Shown: positions 1 to 12,211 of the stretch, piece by piece
Layout of the letters: each line of letters opens with the position of its first letter
Numbering within the stretch: position 1 is the stretch's first letter
Assembly (NCBI RefSeq): GCF_964355755.1
Contig: NC_092673.1
Location: 8,742,001 to 8,806,000, forward strand
DNA: 64,000 nucleotides
DNA from: Antedon mediterranea
Taxonomy: Eukaryota > Animalia > Echinodermata
Direction of reading: 5' to 3'
Position numbers and translations under genes: made by a program
Notes under the pieces: generated by a model
Seen by the model: the letters and a program-made list of their open reading frames with translations, nothing else
Database searches by the model: none
What the model was told of the DNA's origin: nothing

Positions 1-1117
1 ATTGCAATCAGAACAGAACAGTTCATAGTTCAACTGGTACGTCTAGAATATGTATATACCAACCTTAGTTATAGATAATAGATAAATCTGGAACCCATGT
101 CCATGAATGATTTTCTGGACTATCCAAACTAGCCGGTTCATTAAAATGATTCTAAAATAGATGATTAACTCTGACTTTCGTTGTAGAGCGCACATGTTTC
201 ACAACTTCAAGACACTATTCTGTGAAGATTTCGGTCATTTGGTCTAGTTCTGCAAAACATTTGTGATCTATCTCTATACGTGACCACCAGGATTGATTTC
301 TGATTTCTCGTTCGAAAAAAGGAAGAGACATAATCATTTACACTCAAAGCATTGCTTTTTTATATTAGTTGACATTGACTTGGTTCGTTTAGTCTCCGAC
401 CCTTGTCGGTGAAGTTAACCTACTTTTGCATTGTCGAAAATAAAGGTGGGGATGGGGTTGACTGGGCTGGACCAACCTGGATCTGTCTATGCCCTATCCT
501 GTGGATGAATTGATATTCTCTGATTCTGATGAATAGTAGTTTATTGTCCAAATAAGAATATTGTAGCCCTAATAAATGCAACTGTGTAGTGGCAAATCAT
601 TGAAGGTCAGCGTAACATTTTAACATCAAAGCATTTTAACAGTCATAATATTATTATTTATTTTACAGTATTATAATATTAAAATAATGCGCACTAGAAA
701 AATACCATAACTTCCACTGATCAAATAACGTGATTACATTTATAGACCATCGATCTCATAGTTTGAATAACTTTGCATTATATACTTATATAATAATAAT
801 ATACGGTATTTAGTATATCACTTGTTAACATGTTGACCTAGTCAACTGGTGTAATGATGAATGTGCTCTTTTGATTGTGTATGATTGATTGATGTCTTAA
901 CAGAATTATAAAACATTTTGTCTTAAATGTTAGTTCTTATTTGGTTTTATAGGTAAATATTGACCTTTAATTGCAAAGGATTTTTTTTCATAAGTTGATT
1001 GAATAGACACCTATAACATGACCTTTTAAATTTTAAGCTCCGCCTTCTAATTTGCATGTTAAAACGTTCTGTAGGCCTACGACGCTTGGGTAGGCTCAGC
1101 TCACAAAAAATTTTTTT

Positions 1118-1370
1118 CGACACAAATAATTCAGTCCACGCGAATTGAATTTTGTCGACACAAACTGAATTCTGTAGACACAAAATGAATTCTGGTAACA
1201 CAAAAATGGATTTTGTCAACACAAAATGAATTCTGTCGACACAAAATGAATTCTGTTATCACAAAATGAATTCTGTTGACACAAAATGGAATAAATTCTG
1301 TCTACATAGAATTCATTTTGTTGTGACACAGAATGAATTCTGTCCCTACAAAAGTAATTCTGTTCACGAC
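1118..1370. repeat. Degenerate 21-bp minisatellite (GACACAAAATGAATTCTGT..)
   Basis: About 10 diverged units. Confidence 0.8.
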
Positions 1371-1781
1371 ATAACCAAAGTATGTCTTTTTCTAAGAACA
1401 TAATTAATTTTGTATGGTCAGAATTAATATTCTGATTAAACAGAATTAATTATGTATCACATAATTGTATTTTGTCGACAAAATTAGCAATGGCCCGAAC
1501 GGCGCCCCGTACACCACAGCCGCTCTCTCTCCTCTCTCTGCTGCTGTATGTTGGTGGTTCTGTTGTTTCGTCGTCGAGACTTTGTACTTGACTGGATCCC
1601 GCTGTGAAAACGGTAGTTGGGCCCGTACAGTAGTAGGCCTAGGGACATTATTTATGAAAATAAAACATTATAAAAAGTAAGGTAAGTGACATTATCCAAT
1701 TAATAATATACAATAGGCTTAGGGTTATGCTAGCCTAGACCTGGCTGTTGCCTACCTAGAATCCTATCACTGCATCTAGGC

Positions 1782-3587
1782 CGGGATATGACTGTTTCGG
1801 CCACAGACAGTTTCGGCCACAACAACCGTGCTATTGTTTTTGCTATTAGTTATCGCATCTGATGCTTTGTTGTATAGTATTTTTTTTTTGGATTTATTAG
1901 ATTTGTTGTTTCCATTCCAGTTTAGTTGTATCATGGAGTCTTGGCGAAAGACAATTTCAACTGTCAGTGACACAGTTAAATACTCTCTTAGTACAGACGT
2001 ATTAAAGTTTGGCTATGAAAAAAGAAATGCTAAGAAAAAAAAAGAAATTTAATTACTTTTGCTTAGGTGACCTAAGGAACAAAGAGGAATATCAGAAACT
2101 CACACATCAATACAAGCAGAATCAAGAAGAAAATTAGTGATAAAAAAAATAAATTTAATAAAACTTTGTCGTCTTCATATGATTGGTTTTTAATACAACA
2201 CAGGAGTAATTAAATGTTTTATCATGGAGCTCAGGTCATGTCTTAAGAACACAGGTGCATAAATAAAACGAACATATCAGACCCAACATAAAAATAATAA
2301 TTGAGTAATTTGCGGCGATATGCATTTAACATATTTTAACATGTCAAAATGCAAACAAAATGAGTAATAATTCGGATAAAAATGCGACTAAGGATAACAT
2401 TTGTTGTGTTCAATGCGAACGTCAGAGGAAGTCCCCAAACTAATTACTAGGCCTATTATCAATTAATAATTGCTGCTATAAATATATTGAGCAAAACGTT
2501 GAATTGTATTATTTTTCAATAAATGCTATAAAGTAAGTCAGTAAAACAACAATTTAAAAAATTCATTTTCATTTATCCACTAAACTGTACAAGTGTTGCT
2601 TAAACCACACTCAAGAAAAGAAAATATGAAAGAAATTTGCAGAAAGAAGCAATCAAACACTGTTATTTCAAAGTTCAGAACATCTTTAATTACTACGGAA
2701 ATTAGGCCCAATATTTCGGACGTAGGGAAATGAAGACAAATAGGGTACTACAGAAATGATGGGGAATCCCCGGCAAAATGCAATGACTACGTACAAATCA
2801 ACGACCCATATGACGGGGTTTTCCACGTACCTTCTCATGACGCACACAGTCAGAAATTTATTCCGAGCCTGTTCAGAAACATCTAAAAAAAATTCTTCAA
2901 TGTCTTCGCATAATTCCTCTTGGGTAGTGGTGTTTTACTAATATTTCAAGTTCATTTTATTATGTAAAATTTTACACACAAAAACAACGCACGCATTTCT
3001 ATTAACATTTATTTACCAGTGTTTCATTTACATCTTACAACATATTAATTCTTAATAATTATATACTTTCTTCAATTGTTTCTTCCGATAAAATAAATCG
3101 TATTCTTAACCACTTTGTTCTTCCGTTTCTTATTCCTTCAAAGTTATATTTGTTGTACACAATAAAATTAGTATATATCCCTACGTACTTCAATTCGTTT
3201 TATATTTATAGAAAAATGTACATACAATTAGTATCACTTAGGCCTCATTCAATTCATTTCTTTTATTTGTAAAAACTATACATTTTAATTTCAACCGTAT
3301 TGTATTTTTTGTACTCTGAAATATCGGTATCTACGTAATTCTTCGTTTCTTATCTCATCATGCCACCTAGCTACAAAATACGTGTTTGTATTTTATATTC
3401 ATTATTAATTAATTAATTAATTGCCAAGTTTGTCTGTGTCCGTGTTTTCAAAAACAAAAGTAAAACGCAATGAAATCGATAATCCTGTATTACATTGTCG
3501 TGTCTCATTGTTCCCCTATCAATGGCACTATGGGCGTTCCATAGATATGGTAGTAATATTGTCTGTGGCCGAAGTTTGCCTAATCCG
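1782..3587. mobile_element. Putative non-autonomous TIR element
   Basis: Ends CGGGATATGACTGTTTCGGCCACAGACA / CGGATTAGGCAAACTTCGGCCACAGACA (rc). CTAGGC on both flanks, although this motif is common here. Confidence 0.5.
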
Positions 3588-4173
3588 CTAGGCCTAGTAG
3601 GCCTACTAAGCTAGGCCTACCATGGAGTAAAGAATAATTATTCTTTACTCCATGGGCCTACTATACTTGGCTACTACTAGTTACAGTAGTACATGGAGGT
3701 ATAATAGTACTACTAATAATACTATACTAGGCCTACTTCAGTACTGTACACAATGTATTTTATTGACTTTATTAAACATATATATATATCAGTTAGAACG
3801 GTTAAAGTAAGTAATCATCGATTCGCCATTTCGTTTAAAAGAACGTAGGCCTATCACATTCAATCTGTTTAAAAAGAGAATAAATTACATAATAATGTAG
3901 ATTGTTATTTACTTCCGAGGTAAAGAAAACCTGTCGAAACAATGACAATCAAAGATTACAAAACAACGACAATCAAAGCCCACACGGCGTTCCATACAGA
4001 TTACCGTTATTGAACTAGCGGCCGCTTTGGTTGGCGGCCGCTTCGACCGTAATCCGTACTAGTATGCATGTTCCCCATACTGTACCTCCATGATAAATCA
4101 TCATATTGTTGTGATTTTCAGTCAGCACTGTGATGGCCTAATAAGTACAGCAACTAGGCTTACCTTATTAGTC

Positions 4174-6206
4174 GAGTGTTGACAAAGTGCGAGGCAAGCG
4201 AGGCATGCCAAATATTTGTGCGAGGCATCATTTTATCATTTCCAAAAGTGCGAGGCATATAGTTTACAATTTCAAAAAGGTGCGAGGCATATCTTAACGT
4301 GCTATTATGATATATTATAGGCCTAATAATCAATCGATACAAGCGTATCTAAAAAGATTCGTGTATACACTCATCATGTTGTTTATTTTTATGTAACGAT
4401 TGTTTTTTCATTCAAGTCATATCGTGTCAAATTTTACTTTTACAAAAGTGCCCAAACTACGGTTCAAAAATCTGAACGACAGTCTTCAACTTTCGATAAA
4501 CAATAATTGTTATAGCGACACACTCATCAAATGACTGCAATGTTTGTTGGCATTTCGAGCGTGTTCACTCACATGTCTCTCGAACATAGCAGAGTGAAAA
4601 TAATATTTTGTCACACCCCTGCGCCTAGATCCGGTAGACCCGAGAGATGGACAATCCCTCTTTACTATTTAGCAGGTAGCGGAATGATTCAGCCCTCAGC
4701 TCAGAGGATTGTGGTGCATTCCCCTCCTATAGCACGTGGTTTCAGCAGCAACGCACAGACTTCTCTCTGAGCGGCGTGCCAAAGACATTTTTGACATTCC
4801 ATTCTCTAGGAACAACACGTGTACCTCTCTCGCAAATAAGGTGAACAGCGATTGCCAGGACAAGTTCAATAACTGGCGGTGAATAAAAGGTAACTGATAT
4901 GCCGATCCAATAACATGCCGCAAAGAAAAAAATTGCGACAGAATTCTGGAGCGCGTGTGAAAAAAGACTTACGTCCGACAATTGTAATACTAGGCCTAAA
5001 ATTAAACTTTAGCTAATATGCTTAGCCCTAACCTAGATAAGAGGCCTATGTAGAAAATAATTTAATCAATTTTGATAAAATAATAATTGGTGTAATATTT
5101 AATAATGATACACTATTCCTGTTTTAGTAAGCTAGGTATATTACGAACGATTTTTATTTATTGTTGTCCATGTACGTACTAATAAACCTGGCGCTAGTTT
5201 CCTTCGCTTGTATTTTTACTCCAAATTTGATAACTAACTTTATCGTGTGAATACCACACCTTAGAAGTATACCTCATAAGTACTTTAATGAAAGAATCAC
5301 ATAAAAAGTAACAAATAAATCCTTAAATTAATGATTTTACAGGCGTGTTTCTCGCACACTGTTCGCGAATTTCACTTATTTAATGTTCAATATTTTTGTT
5401 TCTATGGAGCGCCAAAAGAGCAACGATAATAGAGGACTAAAACTCAGTGGAATGCGTCAATTTCTCATGCATTTATTGGTGAAAAACACGTTTTATTTCA
5501 ATATATTTGTTAATTTGTCAATAAAAATGTTGTAATATGTTACTGCTGATACTGTTCTGTTTTCAAAGAATAATAATCGATCCTAAATCAACATCACTAC
5601 CTAGTCTAGACATAGGACATCCTACTAAGGATATTATGATGAATTTTTCTATTTTATTCTTTAAAAGGTTAACGAAACCGTGTACATTATCAACAGTAAC
5701 ATTTTTCCTTACTGACAGTGACAAAATCTATTGAAATTGTACTTGATTTTCACCAAATAATGCGTTAAATATAAATGGATTCCACAGAGTTTTTAGCCCT
5801 CTAATTAATTTTGCTCTTTTGGCGTTCCATAGAAACCAAAATATTGAACATTGAGTGTGCGAAATGCGAGAAAAACAACGTCTGTAAAATCACCAATTTA
5901 ATGGATTTATTGTTACTTTTATGTGATTTTTCTTCATTAAAGTAGGCCTACTAATTCTAAGCTGTGGTATTCAGGATAAAGCCTTGGTTAAATTACAAGG
6001 CAGGTGCAAAAGGAAACTAGCCTAGCGGGCCTAGGCCTAGGCTACTTCAATTTCGGTGATTTCCTGCCTTGCAATTTTGAGAAATGATAAAATGATGCCT
6101 CGCATTTTTTGATGATGGTAAAACGATGCCTCGCATAAATTTCTGACTTGCCTCGCATGCCTTCCCTGCCTCGCGTGCCTCGCTGCCTCGCACTTTGTTA
6201 CTACCC
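4174..6206. mobile_element. Non-autonomous MULE-like TIR element inserted in 3' LTR of element B
   Basis: 9-bp TSD TTATTAGTC (4165-4173, 6207-6215). Imperfect TIRs GAGTGTTGACAAAGTGCGAGGCA / GGGTAGTAACAAAGTGCGAGGCA with subterminal GCGAGGCA repeats. No transposase ORF. Confidence 0.8.
5190..6020. repeat. Foldback/MITE module (long imperfect inverted repeat)
   Basis: ~5190-5490 is inverted at ~5745-6020 (e.g. TTTCTATGGAGCGCCAAAAGAGCA vs TGCTCTTTTGGCGTTCCATAGAAA). The same module recurs at ~27385-27997. Confidence 0.7.
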
Positions 6207-6506
6207 TTATTAGTCCCACTTTACTGTAAATCACACACAGTGTAGATGAGCAAGTCCAGGTGAATATATATAATCGGTATCTTATTTATTTAATTTATTT
6301 ATTCGGTATATAAAAATATATTACAAAACAACAGTCAAGGACTGAAATGAATTGTATTACAAATAACTAAAAATTAGTTAAAATTGCTATAAAAATAGAA
6401 ACATCTTATTAAAATTAGATATCGTACCATAAAATTACAAACATACATGAATAAAAAACCTTAAAACATTCACTTATTACATATCTAAAAAAGAACTAGT
6501 GGTGCC

Positions 6507-6683
6507 TATTATGTTTTGTTTGTTGTCGCTACACTGTACTCAAACAGACGTACATAGGACTACCGTTAAACACAATCCAAATAACATTTATTCAACATAT
6601 CAACTATCGTGACTCGCGTCCATGTTAAAACCCTCCCTCGATCCCCGCTAGGTGGCGCTAGATCGATATTGCATACTACCACA
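6507..6683 (-). repeat. 3' LTR of element A
   Basis: 177 bp, identical to 11236-11412. Confidence 0.96.
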
Positions 6684-6904
6684 TCTCCCTTTTTCTTAGA
6701 GATTGATTAATCAGCTTTATAATTTTAAGTCGCGCAGCAACTAAACTTTAATTTTAAACACAAATTAACATTTAGAGTAAGATCATGTCAATCATTGAAT
6801 TTCCATCTGTGTTTCAATAAAGGTCCGATATTGTTCATTATCAATCAGTGTTCAGTGTTTTTATTTTTGGTGAGTGATTATAGATCAGTGTTCATTATAT
6901 GAAA

Positions 6905-9900
6905 TTAGGATGTTACATATTCATCCAAATAACGTGGTCTTCGCCGGTTCCGTTGTGGTCTGGTATTTGATGGTGTTGATGCTTCCGGTGGCTTCGGGTT
7001 GTTGCGGATGTCCGCTTCAGTTGGCGTTCCCGCATCGCTGGATTGATCGTGATTGGTTGGAGTTTGGTTTTCCTTCACCTCACCATCTCTCTCCTTTGGT
7101 TGTTCTTGCATCATCACATCGTTGTTAGTGAGCTTCCGTGTCATTGCACGATTTCTTCTCACTGTTTTTCCATCCGTATCGATGTACACGGACCTGGGTG
7201 CCTTGTGGTATCCCGTGATTGTTCCGTGACGTTTCAAGTCCGGTATATATACTTTGTCACCCGGACTTAGTTGTTCCGCATCTGCAGCTCTGTGACGGTT
7301 GTCAAAGTTTCTCTTCATTTCACGTCTATATCTCTCCTCTTTCTGTCTAAGGTCAGTCTGGTCTGGTAGTTTTGGTCGGAGCTCTTCTGGGTGACATGGC
7401 ACTCTTGTCTTTAGTCTCCGACTCATATTCAACTGTGTTGGTGAATACCCATTATGAAGTGGTGTGTTACGGTACTGTAGCATTGCCAAATACTCATCGT
7501 CACACTTGTTCATGAAGGATTTGATGGTTTGTACTGCTCGTTCCGCCTCGCCGTTTGACTGTGGGAAATGAGGGGATGATGTTACATGTTCAAATCTCCA
7601 GCTCTGTGCAAATGCTTTGAATTCGTCAGAGCTGTATTGTGGTCCATTGTCTGAGAACAGGACGTCTGGTATGCCTTGACGACTGAATATTTTCTTCAAT
7701 TTGGCAACAGTTTCTTTCGTATCTACATTCTTTGTGACAATGCAGACCTCAATGTCTCTTGAGTAATAATCTACAGCAAGTAGATAGTTACGTCCATTGT
7801 AATGGAAAAAGTCGGTACCAACTCTAGACCATGGTCGGTTTGGGAACTCTGTTCCTCGCATTGGTTCTGCTTGACTTCTCCTGTATCTTGCGCACATCTC
7901 GCAGTTCCTCACAACTTTCTCTATGTCTCTCGATATCCCTGGCCACCATACTGAAGACATTGCATTTGCTCTCATCTTTGTAATTCCTTGGTGACTGTCA
8001 TGTAGACAACGTAGAATATCTGTTCTGAGTTTTGGAGGGATTACTAGACGTTTGCTCTTTAGGAGGAGGCCTTCATGTACAGAAAGGCTACCTCTTTCTT
8101 TCCAGTAGCTGTGCAGATAGCCGGATGCCTCTGATTTCTCGTTCCATCCTTCTTGAACATGGTACATCACCATTTTTAGAGTGTCATCTTTTCGCAGTTC
8201 TGACCTTATCTCCTCCAGTCTCTTGTCTGATGCTGGTAGAGTCACCATCACGCTGTTTACGAAACATTCTACCTCATTCCTTAACTTTTCTTCACGGTCG
8301 ATCTCTTCGTTTGCACGTCTTTCTTTGTGCCTCGGCGATCTTGACAGTGCATCGGCTGTGTATAATAACTTCCCGGGCACATGGTTTATATCAAAGTTAA
8401 ACCTCATCAGACGCATTCGGAATCTCTGAACTCGTATAGGGAGTTCGTCAATGTTCTTGGTAGAGAAAAGTGGAACCAATGGTTTGTGGTCGGTTTGGAC
8501 TCTAAACTTGAGTCCCACTAACAGATCGGCCCAATGTTCAAGTGACCATGTGGTGGCAAGTGCTTCTTTTTCTATTTGTGCATATCTGCGTTCCGTTGCC
8601 GTCATGGATCTACTTGCATAGGCTACTGGTCTCAGCTCGCCATTTTCTTGTTTCTGTAGAAGCACAGCACCTAGTCCAAAACTGCTCGCATCGGCTGATA
8701 TAACGGTTTCTTTTGTGGTGCTGTAGAGTTTCAGTACTCTGTCTGAGCTTAGTTCATTCTGTATCTTGACGAATGTTTCTTGTTGAGCTTGGTCCCAAAC
8801 CCATTCATTTTCCTTCTTCATGAGATCCCGTAATGGTTTGGTGGTCTCTGCCAGGTTAGGAACGAATTTCATCTGTTGGTTTACCATTCCTAGGAACTGT
8901 CTGAGTTCCGTGACATTGGTGGGTGGTTGCATTTTCATAATTGCTTCGATTTTCTTTGGGTCTTTTCTCAATCCTTCACCATCGATTATCTGGCCCAAGT
9001 AATCCAGTTTCGTCTGAGAGAATTTGCATTTCGCACTATTTAGAGTTAGACCACTTTTGTCTAATCTCTTCAGTACTGCATTGAGCCTATTGTCGTGCTC
9101 TGTCTGATTGCTGCCAGTGATCAGAATGTCGTCCATATGACATACAACACCTTCTAGACCTCTCAGCTCTCGGTCCATCTGCTTTTGGAAGTACTCCGGT
9201 GCTGACGATATCCCATAAGGAAGACGTTTAAACACATACCTCCCAAAAGGTGTAATGAAGGTAGTTAATTTTGTGCTTTCTAGGCTCAGCTTCACCTGGT
9301 GAAACCCTGAGTTTGCATCGAGTTTTGAGAACACTGTTCCATTCGCCACCTTACCAAGTGTCTCTTCTACCTTTGGCATATGATATAGTTCTCTTCGTAC
9401 TGACTGATTCAGCTTCGTTAAGTCAACACAAATTCGTACATCTCCATTTTGCTTCGGCACCACAACTATAGGTGCGCACCAGTCGGTTGGTTCATCGATT
9501 GGTTCGATAACTTCAAGTTGCACCATCCTCTCTAACTCTGCCTTTGTCTTTTCAAGCAGTGGTAGGGCAATTCTTCTTGGTGTTGTAAGGCAAAATGGTT
9601 TGGTATCTTCTTTCAGTTTGATGGTGTATTCACCGTCTAATTTACCAAGGCCTCTGAATAGTCCTGGGTATTCTTCCTTTATTTTCTCCTTTGTAATTGG
9701 AGAATTGACGTCAACTGCTTTCACACTATAGGTTCCTGGTATCTCATGGATCAGTCCAAGGTTGCGAATTGCTGGAACTCCTAGCAGTAGTGTTGTTGCG
9801 TTCTCGACTATATATACTCTTTCTTCTATCTCCGAGTTGTTTCCATGTTGTTGTTTCAGCTTCATGTCCACAAATCCTCGTGTTTTCAGTGGTGTATCGC

Positions 9901-10987
9901 CTGTACCCACTAGCGTCTTGTCGGTTGGGAACATTTCTCCGAATCGGTTTTGATACACTATATTTGGCATCACTGAAACTTGTGCACCGGTATCAATACA
10001 CCATGACAGTTCTTGATCGGCTGCTCTGAGTTTGATGTGCCATCCAAGTTGTTTGTGTGCGTCTTTCAACTGTGACCTGTTAACTTGTTGGACACTAACA
10101 CCACTTATCAGGAAAGGGTGTTCGTCATCGACTTGGTTGACTCTGCTTGATCGGCTTGCAGTTGATCTACACACTACCTTATAGTGACCAGTTTTTCCGC
10201 ATGCATTACAAGTTGCTGATTTTGCTGGACAGTTCTGTTTTCCATATGGGTGAGACTTTCCACAATATCCACATTTCTGACATTTCCCCTCATTCGTTTG
10301 TGGGCGGGCTGCCTTGTTGTGTGAGTATTGTTTCTTGGTTTGCCCCTGCGTTGCTGGTCTCGGCTTTGTTTTAGGTCGGACTTGGTCAATGGTTGCGGTT
10401 TTAGACTTCTGGAGTTCTTGACTAGTTGCCTCTTTCAGTGCAAGGATTCTAGTAGTTTTAGTCAAGGATAACTTTGCACCCTCGTCGTATAATTTCAGCT
10501 TGTAGCTGTCGTTAGTACAAGAAAATGTTAATTTGTCTCTAACTGCTTCTTCTTGAAATTCCTTTGGGAATTTACACTCTGCCGCCCTTTCTTTCACAGT
10601 CGTGACCCATGAATCAAATGACTGGCCTGGTTCTCGCTGTAAGTGATGCCAGAACCGTTGCCGTAACATTAGTTGTGGGTCGCGCCGAGAAAAGTGTTCG
10701 TCAAATTTGTTCATTATGACTGTGTAGTCGTTCGGATCCTCAGCTGGGATTTCTTCTTCATTTTCTGGATTTTGCATTGCAGGCTTGAATTTAAAATTTG
10801 TGTAGATGTCAATGCTGTTATCGCCTATACAGTTTAGCAACAGACCTACTTTGATTTCGGTTTCTTTCTTTGAGTTCCCTGTTGCTTTGAGGTAAATCTC
10901 AAATTTCCTCTTCCACTTGTTCCATGCGTGTGATGGATTACTGCCATCTACAATTAATGTTTCAGGTGGCTTTATGAACGTTGCCAT
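6905..10987 (-). CDS. Gag-Pol polyprotein of element A (1360 aa from the first ATG)
   Basis: Uninterrupted ORF: Zn knuckles (CGYCGKSH..C, CNACGKTGHYKVVC), protease IDTGA, RT (LPYG, HMDD), RNase H (ADAS...TDHKPL), integrase HHCC plus DDE core (DFF, SDNGPQY, SNGEAER). Confidence 0.96.
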   Translation of the reverse strand: MATFIKPPETLIVDGSNPSHAWNKWKRKFEIYLKATGNSKKETEIKVGLLLNCIGDNSIDIYTNFKFKPAMQNPENEEEIPAEDPNDYTVIMNKFDEHFSRRDPQLMLRQRFWHHLQREPGQSFDSWVTTVKERAAECKFPKEFQEEAVRDKLTFSCTNDSYKLKLYDEGAKLSLTKTTRILALKEATSQELQKSKTATIDQVRPKTKPRPATQGQTKKQYSHNKAARPQTNEGKCQKCGYCGKSHPYGKQNCPAKSATCNACGKTGHYKVVCRSTASRSSRVNQVDDEHPFLISGVSVQQVNRSQLKDAHKQLGWHIKLRAADQELSWCIDTGAQVSVMPNIVYQNRFGEMFPTDKTLVGTGDTPLKTRGFVDMKLKQQHGNNSEIEERVYIVENATTLLLGVPAIRNLGLIHEIPGTYSVKAVDVNSPITKEKIKEEYPGLFRGLGKLDGEYTIKLKEDTKPFCLTTPRRIALPLLEKTKAELERMVQLEVIEPIDEPTDWCAPIVVVPKQNGDVRICVDLTKLNQSVRRELYHMPKVEETLGKVANGTVFSKLDANSGFHQVKLSLESTKLTTFITPFGRYVFKRLPYGISSAPEYFQKQMDRELRGLEGVVCHMDDILITGSNQTEHDNRLNAVLKRLDKSGLTLNSAKCKFSQTKLDYLGQIIDGEGLRKDPKKIEAIMKMQPPTNVTELRQFLGMVNQQMKFVPNLAETTKPLRDLMKKENEWVWDQAQQETFVKIQNELSSDRVLKLYSTTKETVISADASSFGLGAVLLQKQENGELRPVAYASRSMTATERRYAQIEKEALATTWSLEHWADLLVGLKFRVQTDHKPLVPLFSTKNIDELPIRVQRFRMRLMRFNFDINHVPGKLLYTADALSRSPRHKERRANEEIDREEKLRNEVECFVNSVMVTLPASDKRLEEIRSELRKDDTLKMVMYHVQEGWNEKSEASGYLHSYWKERGSLSVHEGLLLKSKRLVIPPKLRTDILRCLHDSHQGITKMRANAMSSVWWPGISRDIEKVVRNCEMCARYRRSQAEPMRGTEFPNRPWSRVGTDFFHYNGRNYLLAVDYYSRDIEVCIVTKNVDTKETVAKLKKIFSRQGIPDVLFSDNGPQYSSDEFKAFAQSWRFEHVTSSPHFPQSNGEAERAVQTIKSFMNKCDDEYLAMLQYRNTPLHNGYSPTQLNMSRRLKTRVPCHPEELRPKLPDQTDLRQKEERYRREMKRNFDNRHRAADAEQLSPGDKVYIPDLKRHGTITGYHKAPRSVYIDTDGKTVRRNRAMTRKLTNNDVMMQEQPKERDGEVKENQTPTNHDQSSDAGTPTEADIRNNPKPPEASTPSNTRPQRNRRRPRYLDEYVTS

Positions 10988-11235
10988 AATTATTCTTATA
11001 ATTACTGAATAACTTACGGAGTTCAAATCTCTTTAATTCCTAGGCTAGGCTGTGCGGTTTACTGCGTAGCAACCTGTTTACAATCGTCCGCTGTCGTGCG
11101 TCGTTGTGTGAGCGTTCAACCGCTCTCGCTATTCTCGCTAGGCTAGGCTACCGCTGGGGTAGGTATCTCGGAAATCGATCGTTACTGACCTTTCTGAGCG
11201 TTGGATGAGTCGATCCAGACACACTTCTGACACTA

Positions 11236-11412
11236 TATTATGTTTTGTTTGTTGTCGCTACACTGTACTCAAACAGACGTACATAGGACTACCGTTAAAC
11301 ACAATCCAAATAACATTTATTCAACATATCAACTATCGTGACTCGCGTCCATGTTAAAACCCTCCCTCGATCCCCGCTAGGTGGCGCTAGATCGATATTG
11401 CATACTACCACA
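11236..11412 (-). repeat. 5' LTR of element A
   Basis: 177 bp, identical to 6507-6683, adjacent to the PBS. Confidence 0.96.
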
Positions 11413-12211
11413 GTGCCTATTATTATATCCACCATGGTGGGAACTGGAGACAACCTAAGTCTGCTGGTTTTACAATGAGGTACTTCTAGAAAGCGGTTGA
11501 ACCTGAGAGACCGAGCTGGCTTATGAAGAGAGGGAAGTATTTCTCTAAACAGCTCGGATTTTAATAAGCCTTCCCCGAAAGACAACACAAGTTTGTTTCT
11601 TCTCTCAACAAGAGTTGGTAAACCAGTAACAGACAATGCATGATCATAGCACAAATAGTTGTTACCTAGCATGATTCGCAAAGCTCTCTTTTGTACCTTT
11701 TCAATAGACTTGGACATGTCCTTAGTGATAGCGCCATGCCAAACAGGGGCAGCATATTCTAAAATAGGTCTTATATACGCCATATAAACAGTCAACAGAT
11801 CATTAATTAAGATTCCTGCTTTCTTCAAAATGCACAAGGAAAATAAATGTCTAGAAGCTCTAGACACAATAGGCCGTCTTGTTTGCTTGGTTCCCTGCTT
11901 CGAATAGACCGGTTCGGGTGGCGTTGAGGTCCCACATTAACATTTGCATACACCCTGTATGCAAATCAAGGTCGGAGGGTGGTCTGTTTACCCAGCGGGC
12001 GCCGTTCACAACACTCCCGTGTTTGAAAAGCGGGCACCCTGTCCTGGATCCACCTCGGAGGTGAACCGGGTGATTTTCGTACGTGAAAAATACCCGATAC
12101 CCGTAGCTATGTAGACCGCTCCCAACGATCTCTTCAGGTGGTCAATGGCCATGGAACATACCAGTAGCACAGTCCTCCGCTTCCCTGGATACCTGAAAGA
12201 TATAAATGAAA

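Larger units (their letters stand above)
6507..11412 (-). mobile_element. Full-length Ty3/gypsy (Mag-like) LTR retrotransposon A, recent insertion
   Basis: Identical 177-bp LTRs at 6507-6683 and 11236-11412. 5-bp TSD GTGCC (6502-6506, 11413-11417). PPT GAAAAAGGGAGA next to the left LTR. PBS TAGTGTCAGAAGTG (tRNA-Leu-like, one mismatch). Single intact ORF. Confidence 0.97.
6284..11873 (-). mobile_element. 5'-truncated LINE (CR1/L2-group) 3' end, inserted in LTR B and itself interrupted by element A
   Basis: ORF 11295-11867 has the RT C-terminal signature (YIRPILEYAAPVWH...IEKVQKRALR). The 3' UTR and (TAAA)n-like tail are at 6284-6501. LTR B sequence resumes exactly at 11874. Confidence 0.85.

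Noticed and set aside
1-560. Possible coding exon or LINE remnant at the window start
   Set aside because: No sustained open frame or motif I can assign with confidence.
7043-10389. Short ORFs overlapping element A pol
   Set aside because: Antisense or alternate-frame shadows of the long gag-pol ORF.
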